Shown: positions 11,580 through 21,617 of the stretch, in pieces | Numbering within the stretch: the first letter of the stretch is position 1 | Layout: each line of letters begins with the position of its first letter | DNA from: an uncultured Nitrospinota bacterium | Lineage (GTDB): Bacteria; Tectomicrobia; Entotheonellia; J063; CAVPRW01 | Direction of reading: 5' to 3' | NCBI GenBank assembly: GCA_963707985.1 | Contig: CAVPRW010000017.1 | Coordinates: forward strand, 318,879-382,878 | Length of the DNA: 64,000 bases | The notes under the pieces: model-generated | Seen by the model: the letters and a program-made list of their open reading frames with translations, nothing else | What the model was told of the DNA's origin: nothing | Databases searched by the model: none | Position numbers and translations under genes: made by a program

Positions 11580-12986
11580 ATGGCATACCAAGACGATATA
11601 GCTCTTATGGCTCACTTGATGCGACGCGCCGGCTTCGGAGCGGGTCGCGACGAACTCGAAGCACGTGTTGCCAAAGGCTATGAGGCGACGGTGGAAGAGC
11701 TGCTGCATCCCGAGACGCAACCACCAGTTGACGCGTATTCGCTGATGCGCTACCAACCGGCGGCGTTGCTCCCTGGTGGGCAACCCCCCATGGGGAACGT
11801 CAACTGGATGTTTTATCTCGTCAACACCAAGCGCCCCTTGGAAGAGAAGATAGCGCTCTTCTGGCACCATGTGTTCGCCACCGGTAACGCGAAAGTGGAT
11901 AATTACGATCAGCTCTTGGAACAGATCAAACTGTTCCGCGACATGGGGATGGGGAACTATCGCGACCTCATGGTTGAACTGGCGAAGAATCCTTCGATGA
12001 TTTTCTGGCTAGACAACAACGAAAATCATGGCAATGCCGTCAACGAGAATTGGGGCCGTGAGCTGCTCGAGTTGTTCAGCATGGGCGTCGGCAACTATAC
12101 GGAAAAAGATGTCCGCGAAGCCTCACGCGCCTTCACGGGCTGGACCTTCGAGACCAAGATTCCGCGCTTACCGTACGGTCGTTTCCCCTGGAAGTTCGAG
12201 TATCGCCCTGAAGACCATGATGACGGGGAGAAAGAGTTCCTCGGGCATCGTGGCCGCTTCAACGGTGAGGACATCATCAACATCGTCGTACAACAGCCGG
12301 CCTGTGCCCGTTTTGTAGCGCGTCATCTGTACAACTTCTTCGTTGCCGATGAGCCCCAGGTGCCGGCATGGTCGATCGAGGCCCCGCGCGATCCACAGGC
12401 CATCGATCTCCTGGCGAACACCTTCCGCGAATCAAACTATGACATCCGCTCGGTTCTTCGCGTGATGTTCAATTCCGAGTTCTTCAAGAAGGCCCGCTTC
12501 CAGCATATGAAATCCCCAGCCGAGGTGGTAGTTGGTACCCTTCGTCTAGTAGGGAACTATGAGATCCCGAGGCCTGGATATGGTGAGCTGTCGATGCAGC
12601 CCGCATACATGGGACAGGATCTGCTCAATCCACCGAGCGTGGAAGGGTGGCACACGGGCAAGGAGTGGATCAACAGCGGTTCCTTAATGGCACGCATCAA
12701 CTTCGTGGCGGAGCTCATTGGCGATCCGTCACTACCGGGCGTCCGTGCCATCATCGATCGACTCAAAGCCAAGGGAACCCTAACTCCGGAGCAACTGGTC
12801 GACGGTTGTCTGGACCTGCTCGGGCCCATGGAAGTGGGCGCAGAAACCCGGCAGGAACTCCTCGATCAGGCCAAAGAGTGGGGCCCAATTAGCTGGGATA
12901 GTGAGACGAACGCCCAGACCGCCGACCAACGCGTTGGCGAAATGCTGCAACTGATCGTGGCAACCAGAGAATATCAGTTTGCATAA
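11580..12986 (+). CDS. DUF1800 family protein
   Basis: AHLMRRAGFG, LFWHHVFAT, NENWGRELLELFSMG, PPSVEGW. Confidence 0.9.
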   Translation: MAYQDDIALMAHLMRRAGFGAGRDELEARVAKGYEATVEELLHPETQPPVDAYSLMRYQPAALLPGGQPPMGNVNWMFYLVNTKRPLEEKIALFWHHVFATGNAKVDNYDQLLEQIKLFRDMGMGNYRDLMVELAKNPSMIFWLDNNENHGNAVNENWGRELLELFSMGVGNYTEKDVREASRAFTGWTFETKIPRLPYGRFPWKFEYRPEDHDDGEKEFLGHRGRFNGEDIINIVVQQPACARFVARHLYNFFVADEPQVPAWSIEAPRDPQAIDLLANTFRESNYDIRSVLRVMFNSEFFKKARFQHMKSPAEVVVGTLRLVGNYEIPRPGYGELSMQPAYMGQDLLNPPSVEGWHTGKEWINSGSLMARINFVAELIGDPSLPGVRAIIDRLKAKGTLTPEQLVDGCLDLLGPMEVGAETRQELLDQAKEWGPISWDSETNAQTADQRVGEMLQLIVATREYQFA

Positions 12987-13019
12987 CATAGCAGCCTTAT
13001 CACCTGAGGAGGAATAGAC

Positions 13020-14150
13020 ATGCCAGCAGCACAAAAAGACCCCGTGTTAGTCGTACTGCAGCTCTCCGGCGGGAACGATTATTTGAACACGGTGATTCCG
13101 TATAATAACCCGCTGTATCGTGACAATCGTCCGGCGGTAGGTATTTCCGATGACCAGATTCTGCATCTTGACAATAACTATGGCTTTCATCCTGCCATGG
13201 CGCCGTTGAAGAAGATCTGGGACGAAGGCAAGCTCGCCGTTATGCACGGCGTCGGCTATGCCAATTCTCCGCGTTCCCATTTCCGCTCCATGGACATCTG
13301 GCATACCTGTGAGCCAGATAAGGTGGGAACCGAAGGCTGGTTAGGCCGTGTCGCGCGTGAGTTCGACCCGAACAAAGAAAACGTCATAACCACCGTCAGC
13401 TTCGGCCCGAGCCTATTCCGAGCGCTGTCAGTTCAAGGCGTGCCCGTAGCTTGTGTGGCTGGCCCACTGGAAAGATACGGGTTCCTACCAACTATTCAGG
13501 AGCAAACACAGCGCCTGAAGGTGTTGGATCGCTTCGCCCGGATGTATTCGCCTGTGGTTGGTAGTGGTGTGATGGAATATCTCGGCACCACCGGTTTGGA
13601 TTCCCTGAAGGGCGCGGATATCCTCAAGGTGGCGCCGCAGAAGTACGCCTCCACGGTGAAGTATCCCGATACCCCGATTGCCCGCAAACTGCGCGGGGTC
13701 GCCCAGGTGCATCTGGCCGATTTGGGAAGCCGGATCTTCTATTGCGATCATGGTAGCTTCGATACCCATGCCAGCCAGAACCCTGGCCATGGCAATCTGT
13801 GGACCGCGGTAAGCGAGGGGCTCGATGCCTTCATGACCGACCTGCGGCAGCACGATCATGCCGACAATGTGATCGTCCTGCTGTTCTCGGAGTTCGGCCG
13901 CCGTGTGCACGACAATGGCTCCGGGACGGATCACGGCGCAGCCGGGCCAGTGTTTGTCCTCGGTGAGCAGGTAAAGGGTGGCCACTACGGCGAATATCCC
14001 TCCCTCAAAGCGGAAGACCTGGTACAGGGCGACCTGAACCCGAACATGGACTTCCGTGGCGTCTACTCGACGATCCTGGATAAATGGCTGAAGCTGGATC
14101 CGAAGCCGATCGTCGGCGGCACCTTCGAGCAACCGGCCTTCCTGAACTAG
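13020..14150 (+). CDS. DUF1501 family protein (no Tat signal)
   Basis: QLSGGNDYLNTVIP, RSHFRSMDIW, FDTH, FSEFGRR, GTDHG. Confidence 0.9.
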   Translation: MPAAQKDPVLVVLQLSGGNDYLNTVIPYNNPLYRDNRPAVGISDDQILHLDNNYGFHPAMAPLKKIWDEGKLAVMHGVGYANSPRSHFRSMDIWHTCEPDKVGTEGWLGRVAREFDPNKENVITTVSFGPSLFRALSVQGVPVACVAGPLERYGFLPTIQEQTQRLKVLDRFARMYSPVVGSGVMEYLGTTGLDSLKGADILKVAPQKYASTVKYPDTPIARKLRGVAQVHLADLGSRIFYCDHGSFDTHASQNPGHGNLWTAVSEGLDAFMTDLRQHDHADNVIVLLFSEFGRRVHDNGSGTDHGAAGPVFVLGEQVKGGHYGEYPSLKAEDLVQGDLNPNMDFRGVYSTILDKWLKLDPKPIVGGTFEQPAFLN

Positions 14151-14280
14151 ACGGACGGTCGTTAGCTCTCGCTCTCCTCCCTGTGGATCGGTCGCGGGGA
14201 GGAGGCTTGCATAGCGGTGCAGATGACATGACTATCTTCCATGATCAGGGAGATAGTCTATTGAAGGGATGGGGGAGAGT

Positions 14281-15381
14281 ATGGCACTGACAACTGTGGC
14301 ACGTGGAAGGGTGTATGATTGGAGCCACTCCGTCGGGCGTGGCGCCGCCTCGGGGACTGGCTTCAATTATCCCCAAACGATGTGTCTCGGGAAAGGCGGC
14401 GTCGTCTATGTCGCCAACCGGGGCAATGAAAATAATTTTGGCATGCGCGCAAACAAAGTGCGGATTGGTGCCCCCGGCGAAGAGGAACTCTTGGCAGAGT
14501 TTTTTAAGTGGGGCACCGCGGATGGCCGTTCGAGCTGGCCGTTCGGCGTGGCGGTCGATAGCCAGGAAAATGTCTACCTCTCCGACGAATGGCAGAATAC
14601 GATCTCTGTGTTCGACTCGAATGGGAACTTCCTCCGCAAATGGGGGACAACAGGCAGCGGCGATGGCGAGCTGCTCCGTCCAGCCGGTCTAGTCTGCGAG
14701 AAGAACGGCAACGTGATTGTCGTTGATAGCGGCAACAATCGTCTCCAGGTTTTCACCCCGGAGGGCAAGTTCTTGGCCAAATGTGGCAAGGGTGGAACTG
14801 GTGATGGTGAATTCAACCAGCCGTGGGGAATCACCCTCGACAACGATGGCAATATCTGGGTCGCCGACTGGAAGAACCATCGTGTGCAAAAACTATCACC
14901 TCAGGGCAAGTTCTTGATGAAAATCGGTGAATACGGAGTGCTGCCGACACCTCAGGACGCCTATGGGGTCACATACCTTGGACCATACATCTCGACCTCA
15001 GGTACACCCGGCTACGTCAAGGCTGGCCTGCTCAATCACCCTACTGACGTCGCTGTAGATACCGATGGCGATATCTATGTGGCTGATTGGGGTAATCATC
15101 GGGTGTGCATCTTCGACTCCGAGGGCACCCCGGTTGCGAACCTCATCGGGGATGCACAGGTGATGTCGAAGTGGGGCCAGCAGAGCATCGATGCCAACCC
15201 AGACATGATGAAAGCGCGACGCCGGGCACGGAGTCTGGAGCCGGAGTGGCGGTTCTGCTTCCCGACCGCAGTCGACTTCGATCCGGAAACGGACAGCATC
15301 ATCGTGGCCGAAAGCCAGCGGAATCGCCTGCAGATCTACCGAAAGGTACGTGATTACGTGGATTTCCAGGCCAACCTGTAA
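14281..15381 (+). CDS. NHL-repeat beta-propeller protein
   Basis: FNQPWGITLD..GNIWVADWKNHRVQ-type repeats. Confidence 0.9.
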   Translation: MALTTVARGRVYDWSHSVGRGAASGTGFNYPQTMCLGKGGVVYVANRGNENNFGMRANKVRIGAPGEEELLAEFFKWGTADGRSSWPFGVAVDSQENVYLSDEWQNTISVFDSNGNFLRKWGTTGSGDGELLRPAGLVCEKNGNVIVVDSGNNRLQVFTPEGKFLAKCGKGGTGDGEFNQPWGITLDNDGNIWVADWKNHRVQKLSPQGKFLMKIGEYGVLPTPQDAYGVTYLGPYISTSGTPGYVKAGLLNHPTDVAVDTDGDIYVADWGNHRVCIFDSEGTPVANLIGDAQVMSKWGQQSIDANPDMMKARRRARSLEPEWRFCFPTAVDFDPETDSIIVAESQRNRLQIYRKVRDYVDFQANL

Positions 15382-15743
15382 GGGTTTGCAAGCCGCTGTG
15401 ACGCGACATCTATGATCCTCGCGTCGTAAAGCTTTCCGTGGTCTCCTGTCTCCTCTGTCCCTACTGGGATTGGGGGGACAGGACATGGGCAGTATGTCTT
15501 GTCCATCAATCTTAATCGCTCTCCTGCCGTATACCCTGTATCACAGGGGCCATTCTCAACTCCACTATCCGCACGATGGCTCCCATTGAATGAACCGTTT
15601 AGAGATTGACTTGCGGTCGGAATGGGTGCGTCCCTTGATATACTGGTGTCCTGCAATTAAAATAAGAGCTCCCGCCAGTGCAGAATTGGCTTCATCGGGA
15701 GGGCAGGCGAGTCCCGAGCTCACCCTCAATGAAAGGGAAATCC

Positions 15744-16223
15744 ATGGGAGAGGTCGTATCAATTGACATCGTACGCCAGCGTCATGGTGCAGTGGAAGCC
15801 GTTGAGCGGGCGACGGTGCAGACGAATTACGGTCTGCAGGGAGACTGGCGGTCACATCGGAATCGTAGTGGCCAGATTACGCTGATCGAGGCCGAAGCAT
15901 TGACGGCCGTCGAGCATCTCCTCGGAGCTCCCATCCCTGCTGGGGCAAGCCGACGCCAAGTGATCGTGAGGGGTGTCAACCTCAACGACATGATTGGGCA
16001 ACGGCTCCGCATGGGAGACGTACACCTCTTCGTCGAAAGTCCTTGCGATCCCTGCTCGCGCATGGAGGAGACGATTGGTGTGGGGGCGCGAAACGCGCTG
16101 GAGGGACGGGGCGGCGTGCGCTGTTTTGTCCTTGCCGGTGGTGAACTTGCAGTTGGCGATTCCGTTGTCATGGAGCCATTCCAAGAGCAGATATTGGAAC
16201 AAACGTCCCCGATTCCGACATAA
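15744..16223 (+). CDS. MOSC domain protein
   Basis: GLQGD, SRRQVIVRG, CDPCSRME, GRGGVR. Confidence 0.88.
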   Translation: MGEVVSIDIVRQRHGAVEAVERATVQTNYGLQGDWRSHRNRSGQITLIEAEALTAVEHLLGAPIPAGASRRQVIVRGVNLNDMIGQRLRMGDVHLFVESPCDPCSRMEETIGVGARNALEGRGGVRCFVLAGGELAVGDSVVMEPFQEQILEQTSPIPT

Positions 16224-16425
16224 TCCGACATCAATTTGGTACAAGCGTTCACCAAGGAGCTGGAGGAGCAGACACTGAGAGACGAGGAGACCCGCAGGGG
16301 ATAAGCATCGTAAGGCTGTGGTGTGCGAGGTGGTGGTCGTGTGCGGTTTAGCTGCTACGCCTCGTCCTCGAAGGGCATGCGCGAAATCCGTGTGGCCAGC
16401 GTTACGAAATACGTGTCGACGTCTG

Positions 16426-16803
16426 TCAGACCATCTCGATGGCAATGACCACTCTCTGTCTTCGCCTGAGTCGACTGAATGCATCCCCGATGCGCTTCAT
16501 CCAGCCGTACTTCTCGTTCAGCAGCTGATGCCCATGCGCGGCACCCTGTGCATCAAGGATCCGGGCCTTCGCGTCGACCCATGCACCCTTGGGGTTGCCG
16601 CGTAGATCGCATGGCACGATTCTGACCTTGGGATTCTTGCGTATCCGTTTCACCTTCCCTGCGTCCGCGAGTGAGTATATGTAGAAGGTACCCTGTGCTT
16701 CGGCAAACCACACCGGAGTGGCCACGGGCCTGCCTGTGCTCCTATAGGTTTCCAGATTCAGGTATTTCTGGTGTGCGAATGGGGTGAAGCGATCGGAACT
16801 CAT
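16426..16803 (-). CDS. PPOX-class F420-dependent oxidoreductase
   Basis: LETYRSTGRPVATPVWF, GKVKRIRKNPKV, PCDLRG. Confidence 0.9.
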   Translation of the reverse strand: MSSDRFTPFAHQKYLNLETYRSTGRPVATPVWFAEAQGTFYIYSLADAGKVKRIRKNPKVRIVPCDLRGNPKGAWVDAKARILDAQGAAHGHQLLNEKYGWMKRIGDAFSRLRRRQRVVIAIEMV

Positions 16804-16856
16804 ATGGGCGCAGGCTCCCCTAAAAAGGCGCACTATGGCACATGGGAGGCCATCGG

Positions 16857-17075
16857 CTACAGGATGCCGCCTCCCAGTGCCAGCCTAATAATCGCCAACG
16901 CGAGCACCACGAGGTTGATGTTCCGTCCGTTGGGTTCCCGACTCATCAGGCCCAGCACCAACCCCACAACCGCCAGCGGAATAGCAAACCAGTTTAGCCA
17001 TCCCAGAAGCGGGATGAAGCCGACCAGTGCGATGATCAGTGCCATGAGGCCGATGATGGTGGATAGGACGTTCAT
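16857..17075 (-). CDS. Small membrane protein
   Basis: FIPLLGWLNW motif, three hydrophobic segments, GAGGAG RBS. Confidence 0.75.
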   Translation of the reverse strand: MNVLSTIIGLMALIIALVGFIPLLGWLNWFAIPLAVVGLVLGLMSREPNGRNINLVVLALAIIRLALGGGIL

Positions 17076-17129
17076 GTCAACTGCTCCTCAACCGGGTTGG
17101 AGGCCCTGATGGTCCTCGTGGCCCAGAGG

Positions 17130-17810
17130 TCGCGCTCGAATGCATGTCGACGACCGGCGTGATGATGCCGCCCCCCAACGGCTGACACTTCTCAGATTAT
17201 CCCAACGTACGGCCGTTGCCGAAAAGAGACGCTGTCGATGCGATCGTGGCCTCTCAAGAGATACCGTGGCGCCTTGTCCCAGGGGAACGCGTCCACGCGT
17301 GGCTGCGCGGTCCACCCTGCCGAGGATGACGAACCATGACTAGCAGGAAGAACAGAACGTAGTACCTCACGGTCGGCACCACAAAGAAATCTAAGGCTAC
17401 TAGGTTTTGCTCATGATAGCAGAGAAAGGTCTTCCACGTTTGCTCGCGAGAGAACCACTGTGGCCATGCAAAGATCGTGTGGGGCTGGCCACAGGCGAGT
17501 ACTGTTTGCCAACCTATCCAGAGGTGGGAGAGCCACACCCAGAACAGCCGATCTGTCGGCCGAAGTCGCGGGCGATGAACGGTCTGTTGAGACACGGCGA
17601 GCTGATGTCGCAGCGCAAAATTTGCCAGTTGCTGCGGTGCGTGTGACCGGATCAGCATACCCACGGAGGCGAGGAGTGCCGAGATCACAGATAGCGTCAT
17701 CAGAGACCTCACTACGAGGGACTGGGAGGGGGGAAATGCCCTGGTCCAGGATGGAGAGGTAAGACGAAAAAGTCAAGGCTGTTCACGTCTTCTGGGTTCT
17801 CGGGACGGGC
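17130..17810 (-). mobile_element. Internally deleted integrase-core (rve) transposase remnant
   Basis: ALRHQLAV...RPRLRPTDRLFWVWLS, WKTFL, ALDFFVVPTV, RYLLR fragments across frames. Confidence 0.75.
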
Positions 17811-18400
17811 ATGTTCCCGGATAAACGGAACGGTTATGGAAAGCTTTGCCTAATTAGTCTTATAGAAAGGGTCTCGTCATGCAAAGTATGCTGTTGCAGG
17901 ATGTCAGTCTGTATCTGAGAAATCAGCTGAAAGAAACTAGCTCGTTTTCCTTCATGGAAGCATCCCTGGTGCCGGCAACCAGACCACGCTGCCCTATCCC
18001 GTTGGGACGCCGTGCCCCCTCAATAATCATTTCAAAATTCTGTCGTGTTACCCTACGGCCACGGTGCGTTGCCTAGCTGGGCGGTCAATGTTACAATAGT
18101 TGCGCTCCTCCAGAACTTTCGGCAACAGGAATCTACCCCCATTGGGATGCTTAAGGACGCTCGATGCAGCAACGGCAACTCCCCAATGTTTGCACTTCAT
18201 CTTGGTATAGTGCCTCCAACATCCCCCCGTGTGGGATCATGGGTACCTACAGTCGTCATGGTGGCGCTCATCGTTGTCACCAGTGCGGACGAAACCGTTG
18301 ACGTGATGCACGACTTTGGCCCGCAACTCCCTAGAATTCGATGACTCTAGCAAAGCGTTGGTCGAGTCCAGCCCTCTAGCGATATGGCCAGGAGTTTCTT

Positions 18401-18880
18401 ATGCTGACCGTCGTCCTGCGGTTTATCTACTTATTATCGATCGCCCTGTGGATCGGAGGCATGGCCTTCTTCTCCTTCCTGGCGGCACCCAGCATCTTCC
18501 ATATCCTACCGCGCGAAGAAGCTGGCAAGGTCGTGGCCGACATTTTTCCGAAATACTACTGGCAGGGGATCATTTGCGGCGCCATTGCCCTGGCCACCTC
18601 CGTGGTGCTAGGGATGCGCGAGCGCTGGAATATCCTGCTCATTGCCCGCACGATCACGATCGTGGTGATGCTAATCGGCGTGCTCTATTCTGTCGCCATC
18701 CTGCAACCGAAGATCCAAGCTGTCAAAGCTCAAGTCACTTCATTTGAAAGCCTCTCGCCGACGGATCCCTTGCGCCTCGAGTTCGGCCGACTGCATGGCC
18801 GCTCGTTCAGTGTGAACGCGGCCGTGTTGCTGTTGGGTGTGGTCGTGGTCTTCATCACGACGTTCACCATGAAGGTCTAA
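18401..18880 (+). CDS. DUF4149/TMEM205-like membrane protein
   Basis: LWIGGMAFFSFLAAP.IF, AGKVVADIFPKYY, FGRLHGRS. Confidence 0.85.
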   Translation: MLTVVLRFIYLLSIALWIGGMAFFSFLAAPSIFHILPREEAGKVVADIFPKYYWQGIICGAIALATSVVLGMRERWNILLIARTITIVVMLIGVLYSVAILQPKIQAVKAQVTSFESLSPTDPLRLEFGRLHGRSFSVNAAVLLLGVVVVFITTFTMKV

Positions 18881-18978
18881 GCCGCTCTTTACACGCGCCG
18901 GTCAGCCTGTTAAGATCAAGCGTCTCAACCAATCTCCGGATGATTGTGCCAGCCTTTGCGATCTTGAAAGGAGCAGGC

Positions 18979-19902
18979 ATGGGGGCGTCAGGCATCGAGA
19001 AGATCGGTGTGATCGGTATCGGCCTCATGGGCAGCGGCATCGCCCAGGTCTCTGCCACTTACGGATTCGACACCGTGGTGGCGGATATGTCGGATGATGT
19101 CGTGCAGCGCGGGATGGTGCGCATTGAGGACAGCCTCTCCAAGCTCGTGGCCTCCTACGATCGGTCCAAAGGGCAACGCGGCATGGCCCCTGAACAAAGA
19201 GACGCGGCTCTGGCCAAGCTGCACGGTACTTCATACCTCCAAGAACTCTTGGATTGCGATCTTATCATCGAGGCCGTCACGGAAAATTATGCCGTGAAGG
19301 CAGCCCTCTACGAACACCTTGTGCACCTGGGCTATCACCAACTGTTAGCTTCAAATACCTCATCCATCTCCATCACACATTTGGCATCCAATTATTCCCA
19401 GCCCGAGAAGTTTATGGGCATGCACTTCATGAATCCAGTGCCCATCCAGCCCGGGGTCGAGGTGATTCGTGGCCTGTTGACCTCCGATGACACGGCGCGC
19501 ACCTGCACTACGATTGTCGAAGAGATCGGTAAGACCCCGATCCCAGCCGAAGATAAAGCCGGCTTCGGCATCAACCGCATGTTCGTCCCCTACCTCAATG
19601 AGGCGGTCAAGGTGATCGAAGAGGGCATCATGAGCGTCGAGGATGCCGATAAGACCACTCTCTGTCTCGGTCATAAGATGGGGCCGCTTACCACCCTTGA
19701 TTATGTCGGCCTGGATACGGCCATGGCCGTTGCAGAGGTGTTGGAAGCGGAATTGGGGGCAGCGTATAAGCCGGCGCCATTGCTCAAACGGCTTGTCCAG
19801 GCCGGATGCTACGGTATGAAGAACGGGAAGGGGTTCTACCTCTATGAAGCAGGTAAGCCACCGGTAGTCAACCCGGCGGTGGCGCGTTATCGCATCAAAT
19901 GA
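18979..19902 (+). CDS. 3-hydroxyacyl(butyryl)-CoA dehydrogenase
   Basis: GIGLMGSGIA, ASNTSSISIT, GMHFMNP, MGPL..LDYVGLD. Confidence 0.92.
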   Translation: MGASGIEKIGVIGIGLMGSGIAQVSATYGFDTVVADMSDDVVQRGMVRIEDSLSKLVASYDRSKGQRGMAPEQRDAALAKLHGTSYLQELLDCDLIIEAVTENYAVKAALYEHLVHLGYHQLLASNTSSISITHLASNYSQPEKFMGMHFMNPVPIQPGVEVIRGLLTSDDTARTCTTIVEEIGKTPIPAEDKAGFGINRMFVPYLNEAVKVIEEGIMSVEDADKTTLCLGHKMGPLTTLDYVGLDTAMAVAEVLEAELGAAYKPAPLLKRLVQAGCYGMKNGKGFYLYEAGKPPVVNPAVARYRIK

Positions 19903-19951
19903 CCATGACCAGCGGCTGGGCCATTGTCAGATGGCCTGGCTTACTTAAAGG

Positions 19952-20645
19952 ATGGTACGAATGGAAACTTATTCCCGTCAGACAGGACAGGCTACCGCTG
20001 TCCAAGATGATCCGGAAGCACGTGAGCTGCTGCACCGTGCCTTCGACCGTACGTCACGCTGGAGAGCCGATTTCGCCGGCTTCAAGGCAGGGCTCGTGGT
20101 GAATGACAATGGAACGGAGCATCGGGGTACGGGTGCAGGTGACGATGCCGCGGTCTGTTGACGTGACCGTTGCCGAAGCAGATTTGCAACAGTGGGCGCA
20201 ACAGCAGCTGGCCATGATGGTCGGCCATCGCGGCTATCGTGCCTTCGACCAGGCGGATGGCAAATATACGCTGACGCTAGGTCCCCAGGAGACGCACCCA
20301 CTTGGCCGCCTGGTGTATATTCATGGCGACGGCATGAGCTCACGCTATCGGGTCAGGGACGAACGCATCTGCCAGATACAACGCTCCATGGAGCGCGTCA
20401 AGTTCACGATCAACATCGAAGATACCATGACGATGCGCGATGACAAGGTGCTGACCACGCGATTCACGGTCTATTACTTTGCTCCAAGTACAGGACAGCT
20501 GACGCAGGTCGAGAGCTTTGCGGACGACTACTGCGAGGTAGGTGGGATCGTGCTGCCCAGGGCACGACGCGTCGTCTTTGCCGACAATGGCGAGGCCAGG
20601 GTGCGGGAAGTGATCCTGTCCGAGCATGTGGTGTCTGTACCGTAA
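19952..20645 (+). CDS. DUF3386-like protein, +1 frameshift near 20131
   Basis: ARELLHRAFDRTSRWRADFAGF and GDGMSSRYRVRD halves join on removing one G from ACGGGTG. Confidence 0.7.
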
Positions 20646-20718
20646 GGCTGGTCCCACCTGATGAGCCGTGTAGTGGATGCGAAGCAAGGCAACAGTGAGC
20701 AGCGACAAGGGGGTGGGT

Positions 20719-21333
20719 ATGGCAAACATCGGTTTCACCCGTGAGGACTTCGAGGTATTCGGTATTCCCACGTTTCCAGAACGCATGAAGAGCATCAAAG
20801 AACACGTGCGGCCGAAGCTCATCGCCCTCGGGGAGGAGCTGCAACCAGGCTTGAAAAAGCTTGCCAAGAACGATGTATTCCCACATGTGGCCATGCATGC
20901 CCGGCGGACTGTGAACCCACCCCCGGAGACCTGGGTCGCCTTCGGCCCCTCAGCGCGAGGCTATAAAAAATATGGCTACTTCGGGCTGGTGATGAGCCGT
21001 GGCGGGCTGCACACGCGCATCGTCGTCAAGGATGAAGCGCCGGATCGCCCCCAAATGGCCAAGCTCCTCCTGGACCGGGCTGACGTGCTGGCTAAAGTGT
21101 TTGGTAAGCATACCGTCGCGCGCTACGACCGCTGGGATTATGCTGGCATCCCTGAGCTCACCAAACCGACAGCAGACTTCTGGCAGAAGGTGGCTGAGGG
21201 GCTGGTCAAGAAAACCGGCGGGCTGGACGTTGGCGTGGGATGGCCCGCAGCCCGTGCGGTCAAGCTTACCGACAAACAGGTGCTGCAGGCCTTCGCCGCG
21301 CTGCTGCCACTCTACGAGATCACCCGGTCGTGA
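20719..21333 (+). CDS. DUF1054/YktB (UPF0637) family protein
   Basis: FTREDFEVF, HVAMHARRTVNPPPETWVAF, RGYKK. Confidence 0.88.
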   Translation: MANIGFTREDFEVFGIPTFPERMKSIKEHVRPKLIALGEELQPGLKKLAKNDVFPHVAMHARRTVNPPPETWVAFGPSARGYKKYGYFGLVMSRGGLHTRIVVKDEAPDRPQMAKLLLDRADVLAKVFGKHTVARYDRWDYAGIPELTKPTADFWQKVAEGLVKKTGGLDVGVGWPAARAVKLTDKQVLQAFAALLPLYEITRS

Positions 21334-21359
21334 TGGGAGAGACCACGTGGAAGGATTTT

Positions 21360-21580
21360 CCGGCGACGACGTCGTTTCTGTACATACGCGCATTACCCAT
21401 ATTGGCCGCTCCAGTCTGCGTATGGAATTCGCTGTTATCAATGACTCGGCCGCTGTTCTCATGGCTGAGGGCTATGCGACTTTGGTACACGTGGACCTGG
21501 TCGCTCATCAAGCGGTCCCCTTCGCGCATGAGCTTAAGGCCAAGATGTGTGCCCTCGAAGGATGCGCTCTCGACGGCTGA
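21360..21580 (+). pseudogene. C-terminal half of 4HBT-like acyl-CoA thioesterase
   Basis: GDDVVSVHTRITHIGRSSLRMEF...AEGYATLVHVD; N-terminal half absent. Confidence 0.6.
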
Positions 21581-21617
21581 GCTGATGTCGAGGATGTGCA
21601 TGTGAGGAGAGGAGATT

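Noticed and set aside
15660..15743. Moco riboswitch upstream of MOSC gene
   Set aside because: Some pairing (CTCCCG/CGGGAG), but the conserved Moco motif elements are not recognisable.
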